DNA of 64,000 nt from Myxococcota bacterium (GTDB lineage: Bacteria; Myxococcota_A; UBA9042; DTJE01): NCBI GenBank assembly GCA_017994695.1, contig JAGOKF010000009.1:4461-68460 (forward strand). The letters are read 5' to 3'. This document shows, piece after piece, positions 48,272-58,096 of this stretch (positions are counted from its first letter, which is position 1; each line of letters starts with the position of its first letter). A program made the position numbers and the translations under genes. The notes beneath the pieces are model-generated. The model was not told the DNA's origin. It saw only the letters and a list, made by a program, of their open reading frames with translations, and made no database searches.

Positions 48272-50137
48272 TTGAAGGGCCAGGGCATCCTGAAGTGGGG
48301 GGTCTCGATCGGCATCGGGGCCTTCTTCATCTGGCTGGCATTCCGGGAATGGCCGGTGGATCGCCTGCTGGAGGGCGGATTGACCCTCCGGCAAGGCGTG
48401 ATCGCCACCTCCTCCTGGCGGGTGTCCCTGGGGAGCCTGGGGCTCTATTTCGCGTCCCTGGTGGTGATGCACGTCTTCCGGGTCTGGCGGTGGCAGCCGC
48501 TGCTGGCGCCCATGCAGCGGGTCGGCTTCTTTGCGCTCAACCGGGTCTGCTCCGTGGGGTTCATGGCGGTCTTTCTGCTGCCGATGCGCCTCGGGGAACT
48601 GGTCCGCCCGGCGCTGCTGTCCACCGAGGCGGAGGTGCGAAGGTCCGCCGCGCTGGCCACCATCGTGGTCGAACGGCTCGTGGACGGGGTGATGGTCGCG
48701 GGATTCCTGGCGACGGCGCTGGTCTTCCTGCCGCGTCACAACGCCCAGTCCTTTTCGGAGATCCGGTGGGGGACCTACCTGGCCCTGGCGGTCTTCCTGG
48801 GAAGCGCCCTGGTGCTGGGGATCCTGATCCTGTTCCGGCGCAGGGTCGCCGAGGCGGTGCGCTGGATGGTCCACCACCTGTCGCCCAGGTGGGGCGCCCG
48901 GCTCCAGGGGACCACCGAGCGGTTCCTGGAAGGGCTGGGACTTCTGCCCTCGGCCCGGGACATCGCCGCCTTCTTCCTGCTGTCCTTCCTCTACTGGTTC
49001 AGCAACGGGGTCGGTCTGTTCCTGCTGGGACAGGCCTTCGAGGTCCGGACCGACCTCGGGGGATGGACGGGGCTCGGAGTCCCGCTGCTGGGCGCGTTCG
49101 CGATGATGTCCACCATCGTGATCGGGATGATGATCCCCAACGCGCCTGCGAACGTGGGATCCTTCTGGTACTTCCTGCTGAAGCCGATGGAACTCTACGG
49201 GGTGCCCGCCGGCCATCCCGGGGGACTGGCCTTCGCGCTGACGGTCTGGACCCTCCAGCTCCTCCAGTTGCTGGTCTTCGGGGGGTGGTTCCTGTGCAAG
49301 GGGGCCGTGTCCTTCCGCCGGGCCTTCGACATCCGGGGCGGTGCGACCGCCGTCCTGCTGGTGGTCTGCCTCTGGCCCTCCCAGGCCAGGTCCGACACCG
49401 TCTGGAAATGCCAGGACCGCCAGGGCAACGTCGGCTTCTACATCAACACCCGGCCATCCTCGGCACGGTGCCGGGTCTACCTGGACAGCCGGAAGGCCCG
49501 GGAGCCGTCCCACCCGGCGGGCGCACGGTGCCGCTCGATGCGGTTCCGGACCACGGTCTTCTTCGTCTGCGAGAAGGATGGCGTGTCCTGGATTTACAAC
49601 CGTCCTCTGCCGAGGGAATCCCCGGACGGCGAAGGGACGCCGGTACGGGCGCTGGAGGCGGGGAACCCGGTTCCGGGGCAGGGGAGCAACCGGGGGGATT
49701 TCGACGGCGAGATCCGGCGCCTGGTGGCCCAGGCCGCCCGGGAGACGGGCATTCCCGAGGCCCTGCTGCTGGCGGTGATCGAGGTCGAGTCGGGCTTTCG
49801 GGCCGACGTGGTCTCGCCGGCCGGGGCCCAGGGGCTGATGCAGCTGATGCCGGTCACGTCGGAGACGATGCAGGTGGCGGATCCCTTCGACCCGGAACAG
49901 AACATCCTGGGGGGAGCCCGGCTGCTGCGAAGGCTGTCGGACCGCTTTCAGGGAGACCTGGAACGGACGATCGCGTCGTACTACGCGGGGGCTGCGGCGG
50001 TGACGAGGGCCGGGGGACCGCCGGACGAGGCCACCCGGGGGTACGTCCGGAAGGTGCTGGATCGCTACCGCCGGCACTCGGAGGTCTCGGGACCCCGCGG
50101 TGTCGGCCCCGAGAGCCCGGCCGCCCCCCCCTATTGA
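48272..50137 (+). CDS. Fusion protein: UPF0104 flippase-like (LPG-synthase TM) domain, DUF4124, and SLT-domain lytic transglycosylase
   Basis: TTG start. The N-terminal 8-TM region has a PMRLGELVRP...ERLVD core. DUF4124 motif DTVWKCQDRQGNVGFY. SLT motif LLLAVIEVESGFRADVVSPAGAQGLMQLMPVTS. There is no in-frame stop between the domains. An internal GTG at 49307, preceded by a signal-peptide-like stretch, could also initiate. Confidence 0.6.
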   Translation: MKGQGILKWGVSIGIGAFFIWLAFREWPVDRLLEGGLTLRQGVIATSSWRVSLGSLGLYFASLVVMHVFRVWRWQPLLAPMQRVGFFALNRVCSVGFMAVFLLPMRLGELVRPALLSTEAEVRRSAALATIVVERLVDGVMVAGFLATALVFLPRHNAQSFSEIRWGTYLALAVFLGSALVLGILILFRRRVAEAVRWMVHHLSPRWGARLQGTTERFLEGLGLLPSARDIAAFFLLSFLYWFSNGVGLFLLGQAFEVRTDLGGWTGLGVPLLGAFAMMSTIVIGMMIPNAPANVGSFWYFLLKPMELYGVPAGHPGGLAFALTVWTLQLLQLLVFGGWFLCKGAVSFRRAFDIRGGATAVLLVVCLWPSQARSDTVWKCQDRQGNVGFYINTRPSSARCRVYLDSRKAREPSHPAGARCRSMRFRTTVFFVCEKDGVSWIYNRPLPRESPDGEGTPVRALEAGNPVPGQGSNRGDFDGEIRRLVAQAARETGIPEALLLAVIEVESGFRADVVSPAGAQGLMQLMPVTSETMQVADPFDPEQNILGGARLLRRLSDRFQGDLERTIASYYAGAAAVTRAGGPPDEATRGYVRKVLDRYRRHSEVSGPRGVGPESPAAPPY

Positions 50138-50193
50138 CGAGAGGACCGGTCACGCGGTAACCTACATCGGCCTTTCTCTGGTCCGGGCCCGAC

Positions 50194-51006
50194 ATGGCTT
50201 TCCCGAAGGTTGCGATCGGCATGATCCTGGCGGCGGCGTTTCTCGCGGGGTGCGGAGGGGGCCAGACCGTCCGGGACGTCCCGCACGCGACGCAGGGCCG
50301 ACGGACGGTCCTGTCGGAGAGCCGGGACGACTACCTGGCGGGGTTGAAGGCCCTGCGGGACGGCGACTACGCCACGGCCATCGAGACGCTCCAGCGGGTC
50401 GCGAGGGGACCCTCGTACATCCCCTACACGGCGATGGCCCGCCTGCGAATCGCCGATGCGCTCTTCTACCAGGAGAAGTACGAGGAGGCCGTCGAGGGCT
50501 ATCGGACCTTCATCGACACCTCGGCCGGGGACCCGAACCTGCACTACGCCTATTTCCGGATGGCCGAATCGAAGGTGAAGGCCATCGCGGGGGAGTTCTT
50601 CCTGGTGCCGCCGTCGGATCGCCGGGACCAGCAGCGGGTGCGGGGGGCCCTGGCGGCCTGCCGGGACTTCCTGGCCCGGTTCCCCGACAGCCCCTTCGTC
50701 CCCGAGGCCCTGGCCATGATGGACCGGATGAGTCGGACCGTGGCCTCCTTCGAGATGGAGGTGGCGCGCTTCTACCGGAGCCGGGACAAGCCGGCGGGAG
50801 CCGCGGGACGCCTCCGCAGGCTGATGGAGGACCTGCCCCAGGCCGGGCGGCTCGAGGAGGTCCGGGCGGCGTGGGTCGAGGCGATGGTCCAGGCCCGGGA
50901 ACCGGGATGGGAGCAGGAGTGTCGGCGGTACCTCGAGGACTTTCCGGGCGGGGCGTCCCATGCCCGGATTCGGCGTCTTTGCGGGAAACCGGGATCGTCC
51001 TCCTGA
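50194..51006 (+). CDS. bamD: Outer membrane protein assembly factor BamD-like TPR lipoprotein
   Basis: Lipobox FLAGCGG and BamD-like TPR blocks (ALFYQEKYEEAVEGY, FPDSPFVPEAL, MEVARFYRSRD). Confidence 0.7.
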   Translation: MAFPKVAIGMILAAAFLAGCGGGQTVRDVPHATQGRRTVLSESRDDYLAGLKALRDGDYATAIETLQRVARGPSYIPYTAMARLRIADALFYQEKYEEAVEGYRTFIDTSAGDPNLHYAYFRMAESKVKAIAGEFFLVPPSDRRDQQRVRGALAACRDFLARFPDSPFVPEALAMMDRMSRTVASFEMEVARFYRSRDKPAGAAGRLRRLMEDLPQAGRLEEVRAAWVEAMVQAREPGWEQECRRYLEDFPGGASHARIRRLCGKPGSSS

Positions 51007-51044
51007 CCAGGGGCGAAACCGGACAGGCATCCGGAGGTGTCTTC

Positions 51045-51578
51045 ATGCAGGGATTTCGGGTTGGCGACAAGGCGGTCTATCCCGCCCAGGGAGTCGCGGA
51101 GGTCCTGGGCATCGAAAGCCGCGAAGTGGCCGGGAACCAGGAGACGTTCTACATGCTTCGCCTGGTGGACACCGACCGGCGGATCATGATCCCGCTGGCC
51201 AAGGCCATGCAGGTCGGCCTCCGGCGCGTCATCCCCAGCGAGCAGGTGCCGGAGGTGCTGGGGTTCTTGCGGACCCGGCCCCCGCGACGCTCGCAGCAGA
51301 ACTGGAACCGACGGTACCGGGGATACGTGGACAAACTGAAGACGGGGTCGGTGTTCGACGTGGCCGAGGTGCTCCGGGACCTCTATCTTCTCCGGTACCA
51401 GAAGCCCCTTTCCTTCGGGGAAAGGCGCCTGCTGGACACGGCGAAGGAACTGCTGGTCCGGGAGATCGCGGTCGCCACGGACAGCCTCGTCACCCAGGTG
51501 GAGGGGGAGGTGGAATCGATCTTCCCGCCTGCCCAGCAGCCGACCGCCCTTGCCGGGGGCGCCTCCAGCGAGGAATGA
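51045..51578 (+). CDS. cdnL: CarD/CdnL family RNA-polymerase-binding transcription factor
   Basis: FRVGDKAVYPAQGVAEV, matching the CarD_CdnL_TRCF N-domain. A GGAGGTG sequence lies 7 nt upstream. Confidence 0.85.
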   Translation: MQGFRVGDKAVYPAQGVAEVLGIESREVAGNQETFYMLRLVDTDRRIMIPLAKAMQVGLRRVIPSEQVPEVLGFLRTRPPRRSQQNWNRRYRGYVDKLKTGSVFDVAEVLRDLYLLRYQKPLSFGERRLLDTAKELLVREIAVATDSLVTQVEGEVESIFPPAQQPTALAGGASSEE

Positions 51579-51606
51579 ATCCTACGTGTCCCTCCAGCCG
51601 CCCACG

Positions 51607-54600
51607 ATGACCCTGCGGGTGGGAACGCGTCCTGTCGTTCGGGTCCTCTCTCGGGTGGTTGCCGGGATCGCCCTGCTCGGCCCGCTGTCCGTCCAGGGAG
51701 AGGAGAGGGAAGGGGAGGTGGGCTGCGGCGCCCTGTCCCTGCCCGACAATCCCGACGACCGGACGCTCGATCTCCATGCCCGTGCCGTCCTCCGGGCCCT
51801 CGATTCGGACGCCACCTTTCCCGACCGCTGTCCCGGCTGGTCCGACGCCCTGATGGAGAACGTGGAGGCCAGCAACCGCATGGGGTCCTGGAGACGATCC
51901 AGGAACCTCTGCAACGCGATGGAAGGGCGAGGGGTGCCCCGGAGGACTCCCGAGGCGGTGCTGGCATGCGTGGACCCACTGCTGGCCGAGGGGGATCTGG
52001 ACGAGGCCGCACGGCAGGTGGATCGGGCCCTGGAGAATCTCGGAGGGGACCGGGAGGCACTGCTGAGACTGCTCCGGGCCGTCGTCGCCCTGATGGAGAA
52101 CCGCACCCGGCCGGGGATGGCGGCGATCTACCTGGGGAAGGCGCAGGAACTGCGGCCGGAGGACATGGACCTCGCCTTGAGAAGATTGGAGCGCCTGCTG
52201 GAGGCCGGCGACGAGGCGGGATCGGGGGAGCAGTGGACGATCCTCCAGGGCCGCTTCGGGAACCGCCCCGCGGTGATGCGAAAGGTCATCCTGCTGGCGC
52301 TGGCCCTCGATGCCAGGGACCTGGCATACAAGGCGGCCACGGCTCTGCTGGAATGCCCGGAACTGGTGGCGGAGGACCTGGACGTGCTGGTCGCCGTCGG
52401 GGCGCGCCACGAGGACGTCCCGTTTCTGCGCCGGGTGGTGGACCGATGGATCCGGCGTCCGGGAGACCGGGCGGCGCGCTACTCCCGTTCCCTGGAGGCG
52501 GTGTCGGTCCTGGAGCGGCAGGGGCGCCATGTGCTGGCCGCGGAATGCCTGGCCCAGGCGATCTCCCTGTGGGGGACCCGGGACCCGGAAAACCTCATTC
52601 GCCTGGGCGCGATCCGGGCATCCGCCGGACAGCGGGACCGGGCCCGGGGGGCGTTCCAGGCGGCGATCGACCTGGCCCAGGGGGATCCGGCCGTCGTGAT
52701 GGAGTCGGTCCGGAGGGCTCTGTCTTCCGGAGATGCCGCCTGGGCCGGCGAGGTGATGGACCGGGAACAGCGGCGGATCCGGGCACCATCGGGGGAGTGG
52801 TGGGAAACCCTGGCCCGGGTGCGACTGGCCCTCGGGGATCGGAAGGGGGCCGACGCGGCATGGGAGCGCGCAGCGGAAGGATCCAGGGACCCGGCCCGGC
52901 TCTGGGTCGCCATCGGGGAGGAACGCCTCCGGGATCGGGGCGGCATTGCCGTGGCCGAGTGGGCTTTCCGGAAGGCCCTCGCCGCGGGGCCCTCCGGGGA
53001 TCTCCTCGGGGAGGCGCTGGTGGGGCTCGTCGAAAGTCTGGTGCTTCAGGGGAAGGAGGCGGGAGATTTCCTGCCTCCCCTGAGGGAGGCGATCCAGGCC
53101 GGCCGGGTGCCCTCCGAGGGCCTGGCGCGCATCGAGAACCTGGCGGCCAGGGTGCCGGACGATTCGAGTCTCCGGCTGATCGGCCTGGAGGCCGGGGTCC
53201 GTCGGGAGCCGAACCGGCCGGACCGATGGTTCCGCCTGGCCCGTGGACTGCTGAAGGTGCCGGATCTTCCCAGGTCCCTGGAGGCCTTTTCGGAGGCGGT
53301 CCGCCGGAGCGGTGACCGCCGTTCGTCGCTGTCGGAGGCCGTGTCGGCGCTGGTGCAGGCGGGGGGGGTCTCCGAGGCGATCCGGTTGTCGGAGGTCTTC
53401 GGCACGGCGGCCTCCACCGGGTCGGGGGTCGCCCGGGTATTGACCACGGCCTGTCTGGCCATCCAGGACGCTCCCTGCGTCGCCCGATTCGCGGCTGCGA
53501 TCCTGCGGGGGCCCCTGGACGTGGACCTCGACTACCTGGATCTGGCCCGGCGACTGGCGTCCCTGGACCTCCGGGTCCCGGCCCTGAAGGCGGCGGAGAT
53601 CGCCGAGAGGGCTCTTCCCCGGGAACGGACGTGGGAAGCCGTCGTGCTGGGGGCGGAACTAGCCGCGACCTGGAGAATGGACTCGGAATACCAGCGGCGG
53701 ATCCAACGCCTTTCCGAGGGGGCGTTCCTGCCCGGCGCGGCACCCCTGAAGATGGCCCGGAGGCTGGTGGAAGCGGGAAGGCCCCATCTGGCGATTCCCT
53801 GGTTCCTCCGGGCCATGGAAGGCGGCGACGAAGGGATCCGGGCGGAGGCGATTGCCGAAGCCGTCGAGGTCGCGGCGCGCACGGGAAACGGGACGGCCCT
53901 GGAGAAGGCGATCGGGGAGGCCCGGGGTTTCCGATGGCCCGATTCGTCCCTCTGGATGAAGGCGGTGAACGGGCTTCTGAGGGCCGGCCTGGATGGACCG
54001 GCAATCGAGCTCTGGAAGGCGGGGAAGGATGGCGTGGGTCGCCGGGAGGGCCTTCCCCCCTGGCCCCCGGGCACGCAGCCGCCGGGAAATCCCAGGGGAG
54101 ACGAGGAAGCGGGGAGGTGGGTGCAGGAGTCCTGCCAGCGCCCCGGACTGATCGGGGACCGGGACTGCCTCCGGGCCGCGGACTGGCTGGATCGTCAGGG
54201 CCGGGGGGACGAGGCCATCCGGTGGCTCCGGCAACGGGCACGGACGGGACTGGCCGGGGAGGGGATCCGTGTGGAACTCGTCCTGCGCCTGCTGCGGGCC
54301 GGGCATTTCTCCGAGGGGGAGGAGGCGGCCCAGGAACTGTTGAGGGGGCCTCTGCAGGAGCCCTCTTCGCTGGAACGGCTGGGCCGCAGGATGCGGGAGT
54401 CGGGACTCGGGCGTTCCTGGATGGTCCTCCTGGAAACCTTTGCTCCCCGCACTGCGGAGTCCAGGGAAGCCGCCACGCTGGAACGGGTGCGCACGGCCCT
54501 GTTCCTGGGGGACGCGGATCGCGCCGAGGCGGTGTTGTCGGGCGGCCGCGAAGGGCTGCAGCCCACCGGCGTGGGAGCCAGGGCGGCGTGGCGGGAGGGA

Positions 54601-57153
54601 GGGTTCCTCCGGAGGGCTGCGGACCTGTTTCTGGAGGAGATCCTGGAAAACGGCTTCCGGGGAGGAACCCAGGCCTTCCGGCAGGGCGTCGAGGACGTCC
54701 TGCGCCTGGGCTGGGGGAACCGGCTGGCGGCCGGGGAGGACCGACCAGCGGTGACGCGGGAGGAGGGAGGCCGGGAGGAGGAGGCGCGGGCACGGCTTGG
54801 AAAGGCCCTGGTCATGGCCGGGGAATGGGAACGGGCCATCCGGGTGCTCTCGGGCCTGGGACCGAGGACGCTGGACGACGAGGGACGCTTCCAGTGGTTC
54901 CGTGCTCTGTGGGCCAGTGGCCGGAAGGCCGAGGCCCGAAAGGTGCTGATTTCGTGGTGGGGAGAAGGAGGGCCCGGTTCGCGGCGGGAGGGAAAGAACC
55001 CCGATCCGCTGGCGGGAACGGAGGCGGTGCTGGGCTTCCTGCTGTCCGAGGGGGCGCTGGAGGACGCGCTGGCTCTCCTGAACTCCTGGAAGGGACCCCA
55101 ATGGACCCTGCCGGGGATTGGGGACGTCCGGGCCGTCAGGAACCGGATCGAGTGGTCCCTCGGCCGGGAGAACTGGGAGGGATTCATGACCTGGATCGCC
55201 CCGGGGGAGGGTTCCTTCTGGGAAGGGGTTTCCCGGATCCAGGAGGCTGCGCGGAGAGGCCGGCTGGAGGGAAGTCTGGAGTTCCTGGAACGGGCTCGGG
55301 GACGACTGGCATGGGATCTGGGCCTGCTGGGGAGAAGTCTTCGCGGGGACCCCGTCGGGACCCTGGAGGCTCTGGTCGTGAGCCGGATGGAGGAAAGCGG
55401 CGAGAACCTTCCGACGGTGGAGGGCGCGGCATGGGCGTTCCTGCTGGGCGGACGCTGGGAACCGGCGTCCCGGTGGCTCCGGAGGGCGATCGGGCTGGCT
55501 GGCAGGCCTTCGGCGAAGACCGTCGGCCTGCTGGTGGCCGCATCGACGATGGCGGGGCGCCCCGCAGTTCGCGAGGCACTGGCCCTGGCGGACCAGGAGA
55601 TCGAGGACCCGATCGACCGGCTGGCGGTTCGCGGGACGATCCGGAAATGGGCCGGCGACGACGATGGGGAGGCGGCCGAACTGGCGGAACGCTGGCGAAG
55701 GATCCCGCGGGATCGGGAAGCGGCGAAGGAAGCCCTGGAGGCCGCCCTGCGAGCCGGGAACGACCGGATCCGGCAGGAGGTGGAAACGCAGTGGATCCGG
55801 GGGGCCGAGGACCCGATGGCCGCCCGGATGGAACTTGCGAAGTTGTACCGGAAATACTGGAAAGGAGAAATGCTCGTCGGTGTGCTGGAGCCGGCAAGGC
55901 AGGCCTGGCCGGGGGACGCCTTCCTGGCGGCGGAAGTGGTTCGCGGCTGGTCGATGGCAGGACGTCCCGAGGAGGCCCGGGAGGCGGCCGAGCGGTGGAT
56001 CGCCGGGTGGCCGGACCCTGCCCAGGCGGCCCAGCGGGTGGTGGAACTGGCGGCCGAGATGCTGGAGATTCCGCTGGTGGAGCGGTGGCTTCCCGAGGCC
56101 CTGAACGGGCCGCGGGGGGACGAGGGAAGCAGGGCGATCCTGTCGGCGGCGATGGCCCTCGGAAGGGCCGGAAAGACGGACCTCGCCCGGAAGTACCTGG
56201 GAGCCTGGTTCTCCCGGGCACCCGATCCCCTGGATTGGAGAATCCGGGTGGCCGGGCGCCTGCTCCAGGAACCGGACGTCCCCCTGGAGGTGATTCCGTG
56301 GTTTTCCGGGGATGGGACGGTCCCGGAAGGACAGGGCGGTCCTCTGCCCCTCGAGGCGCTGCTGGCGTGCGAGGAGGCAGGGGACCCGTCCCGGATCCAG
56401 CCTTGCGTCGCCCGGTGGGGCATGGGAACCGGGCAGGACGGCACCCTGGTGCTGCTGGCCGCCCGGGCCCTGGCGGCGGGGCGGTGGCAGAACGCCCGGG
56501 AGTGGATCGTGGCCGCCGATCGCCTGTCCGGGGAGTCGAGGACGGTCCGGCTGCAGGCCGCCCGGGTGATCGTGAACTTCCTGGGAGATCCGGAGGGGTG
56601 GAGCGGGGAGGCCCGGAGAAGCCTGGGGGCCCTGGCGGCGGGATGGTTTTCCGGGGAGGACGGGGGACCGGAGGCCTCCACGGACCGGATACTCCAGGCG
56701 CACCTCACGGAAATGGCCCTCGGCCCAGAGGCAGGGGCCCGGTGGTACCGCAGGGCCCTGGCCGCGGACCCGTCCTCGGGGTCGATCCGGAACAACCTGG
56801 CCTACCTGCTCAGCCTGGCCGGTGGGGACCTGGAGGAGGCGATCCGGGAGGCGCGGGCGGCTTGGGTCCTTTCCCCCGCGGGATTGCCGTGGTATCTGGA
56901 GACCGAGGCCTGGGCGAGGTTCCTTCGAGGAGAGACCCAGGCGGCCCTGCGGATGCAGCGCCGGGTCTCCCGGCACTGGACCGAGGAAGGGGCCGACGGC
57001 TGGTCCGAGGGGCTCTGGCATCTGGGAAGGATGCTCGAGAAGGCCGGGCGGCTGCCGGAGGCCAAGGAGGCCTGGAGGAGGGCAGCGGTGTGGTCCCCTC
57101 GGGGGGACTGGCACGGGATCCGGGCCCTCCGCCGGTGGCGAGGGGTGCCCTGA
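51607..57153 (+). CDS. Giant secreted TPR-like helical-repeat protein (1848 aa)
   Basis: Signal peptide MTLRVGTRPVVRVLSRVVAGIALLGPLSVQG. A continuous Ala/Leu/Arg/Glu-rich frame with many TPR-like A-x-x-x-G/A-E-A spacings. The opposite-strand frames are P/R/G-rich antisense artefacts. Confidence 0.65.
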   Translation: MTLRVGTRPVVRVLSRVVAGIALLGPLSVQGEEREGEVGCGALSLPDNPDDRTLDLHARAVLRALDSDATFPDRCPGWSDALMENVEASNRMGSWRRSRNLCNAMEGRGVPRRTPEAVLACVDPLLAEGDLDEAARQVDRALENLGGDREALLRLLRAVVALMENRTRPGMAAIYLGKAQELRPEDMDLALRRLERLLEAGDEAGSGEQWTILQGRFGNRPAVMRKVILLALALDARDLAYKAATALLECPELVAEDLDVLVAVGARHEDVPFLRRVVDRWIRRPGDRAARYSRSLEAVSVLERQGRHVLAAECLAQAISLWGTRDPENLIRLGAIRASAGQRDRARGAFQAAIDLAQGDPAVVMESVRRALSSGDAAWAGEVMDREQRRIRAPSGEWWETLARVRLALGDRKGADAAWERAAEGSRDPARLWVAIGEERLRDRGGIAVAEWAFRKALAAGPSGDLLGEALVGLVESLVLQGKEAGDFLPPLREAIQAGRVPSEGLARIENLAARVPDDSSLRLIGLEAGVRREPNRPDRWFRLARGLLKVPDLPRSLEAFSEAVRRSGDRRSSLSEAVSALVQAGGVSEAIRLSEVFGTAASTGSGVARVLTTACLAIQDAPCVARFAAAILRGPLDVDLDYLDLARRLASLDLRVPALKAAEIAERALPRERTWEAVVLGAELAATWRMDSEYQRRIQRLSEGAFLPGAAPLKMARRLVEAGRPHLAIPWFLRAMEGGDEGIRAEAIAEAVEVAARTGNGTALEKAIGEARGFRWPDSSLWMKAVNGLLRAGLDGPAIELWKAGKDGVGRREGLPPWPPGTQPPGNPRGDEEAGRWVQESCQRPGLIGDRDCLRAADWLDRQGRGDEAIRWLRQRARTGLAGEGIRVELVLRLLRAGHFSEGEEAAQELLRGPLQEPSSLERLGRRMRESGLGRSWMVLLETFAPRTAESREAATLERVRTALFLGDADRAEAVLSGGREGLQPTGVGARAAWREGGFLRRAADLFLEEILENGFRGGTQAFRQGVEDVLRLGWGNRLAAGEDRPAVTREEGGREEEARARLGKALVMAGEWERAIRVLSGLGPRTLDDEGRFQWFRALWASGRKAEARKVLISWWGEGGPGSRREGKNPDPLAGTEAVLGFLLSEGALEDALALLNSWKGPQWTLPGIGDVRAVRNRIEWSLGRENWEGFMTWIAPGEGSFWEGVSRIQEAARRGRLEGSLEFLERARGRLAWDLGLLGRSLRGDPVGTLEALVVSRMEESGENLPTVEGAAWAFLLGGRWEPASRWLRRAIGLAGRPSAKTVGLLVAASTMAGRPAVREALALADQEIEDPIDRLAVRGTIRKWAGDDDGEAAELAERWRRIPRDREAAKEALEAALRAGNDRIRQEVETQWIRGAEDPMAARMELAKLYRKYWKGEMLVGVLEPARQAWPGDAFLAAEVVRGWSMAGRPEEAREAAERWIAGWPDPAQAAQRVVELAAEMLEIPLVERWLPEALNGPRGDEGSRAILSAAMALGRAGKTDLARKYLGAWFSRAPDPLDWRIRVAGRLLQEPDVPLEVIPWFSGDGTVPEGQGGPLPLEALLACEEAGDPSRIQPCVARWGMGTGQDGTLVLLAARALAAGRWQNAREWIVAADRLSGESRTVRLQAARVIVNFLGDPEGWSGEARRSLGALAAGWFSGEDGGPEASTDRILQAHLTEMALGPEAGARWYRRALAADPSSGSIRNNLAYLLSLAGGDLEEAIREARAAWVLSPAGLPWYLETEAWARFLRGETQAALRMQRRVSRHWTEEGADGWSEGLWHLGRMLEKAGRLPEAKEAWRRAAVWSPRGDWHGIRALRRWRGVP

Positions 57154-57241
57154 CGGAAACCCGGTGGCGGGGGAGTGGGCAGCCGCCGTTCCGCCGATGC
57201 GGAAGCGAGGGGATCGCTGGATCCACCAGGAGGGAGACGGA

Positions 57242-58084
57242 ATGGCGGTCAAGATTGGAACCGGTGTCCTGCTGGCCGCGGTGGCCCTTGCGGGAATCCT
57301 CTGGGGCCCCTTCTGGGCGGTGGGACCGGTCGCCGTGCTGGTGCTGATCGGGGCCCAGTACGAGTTCCTGCGCTTGTCGGGAGGGGTCCTGGACCGCACG
57401 GACCTGGCGATTTCCCTGGCCGGGGGCCTCTCCGTCGTGCTGGTGGCCGCCCTGGCCCCCTGGCAGGAATTCAGCGGGTGGATGCTTTCGGTGGTGATGC
57501 TGGCGGGAATCGCCGTGCTGCTGCGGGTCCTGGCGACGCCCCTGCGGAAGCCCGAGGACCTGCCCCGGGCCTCCCTCCGGGCCCTGTGGATGATGGGGAG
57601 CCTGTTCTATCTGCCGCTGCTGGGAGGAGGAGCAGTGATGCTGATGAGGGACTCCCTGGGAAGCCAGGGACGCGCCCTGGTGCTGATGGCCGGCTTTGTC
57701 GCCTGGATGAACGACACCTTCGCCTACTTCGGCGGCAAGACGATGGGGCGTCATCGCATGTATCCCGCCGTCAGCCCGAACAAGACCTGGGAAGGATCGG
57801 CCTGGGGCATGGCAGGAAGCCTGGCCGGGGCCCTGGGCGTCCGCGCACTGCTGCTCCCGGAGGCGGACCTGCTGTCGGTGGTGCTGTTCGCCCTGACCGG
57901 AGGAGCCCTGGCCCAGGCGGGAGACCTGGTGGAGTCCGTGTTCAAGCGGGCCGCCAACGTGAAGGACTCCGCCGGGTTCCTGCCGGGTCACGGAGGCTTC
58001 CTGGACCGAATCGACGCGTTCCTGTTCGTCATCCCCTGGACGGTTGCCTGGTTCCTGCTGTGGTGGCCGTTGTCCCGTCGATAG
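57242..58084 (+). CDS. cdsA: Phosphatidate cytidylyltransferase
   Basis: SPNKTWEGSAWG and GHGGFLDRIDAFLF signature blocks on a multi-TM protein. Confidence 0.9.
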   Translation: MAVKIGTGVLLAAVALAGILWGPFWAVGPVAVLVLIGAQYEFLRLSGGVLDRTDLAISLAGGLSVVLVAALAPWQEFSGWMLSVVMLAGIAVLLRVLATPLRKPEDLPRASLRALWMMGSLFYLPLLGGGAVMLMRDSLGSQGRALVLMAGFVAWMNDTFAYFGGKTMGRHRMYPAVSPNKTWEGSAWGMAGSLAGALGVRALLLPEADLLSVVLFALTGGALAQAGDLVESVFKRAANVKDSAGFLPGHGGFLDRIDAFLFVIPWTVAWFLLWWPLSRR

Positions 58085-58096
58085 CGGATCCCCGGA

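Noticed and set aside
52595-57399. Minus-strand ORFs of 1246 aa and 732 aa opposite the giant TPR gene
   Set aside because: Their composition is dominated by P, R, G and S with no motifs. The plus-strand frame has protein-like A/L/E/R composition with a signal peptide and TPR periodicity.
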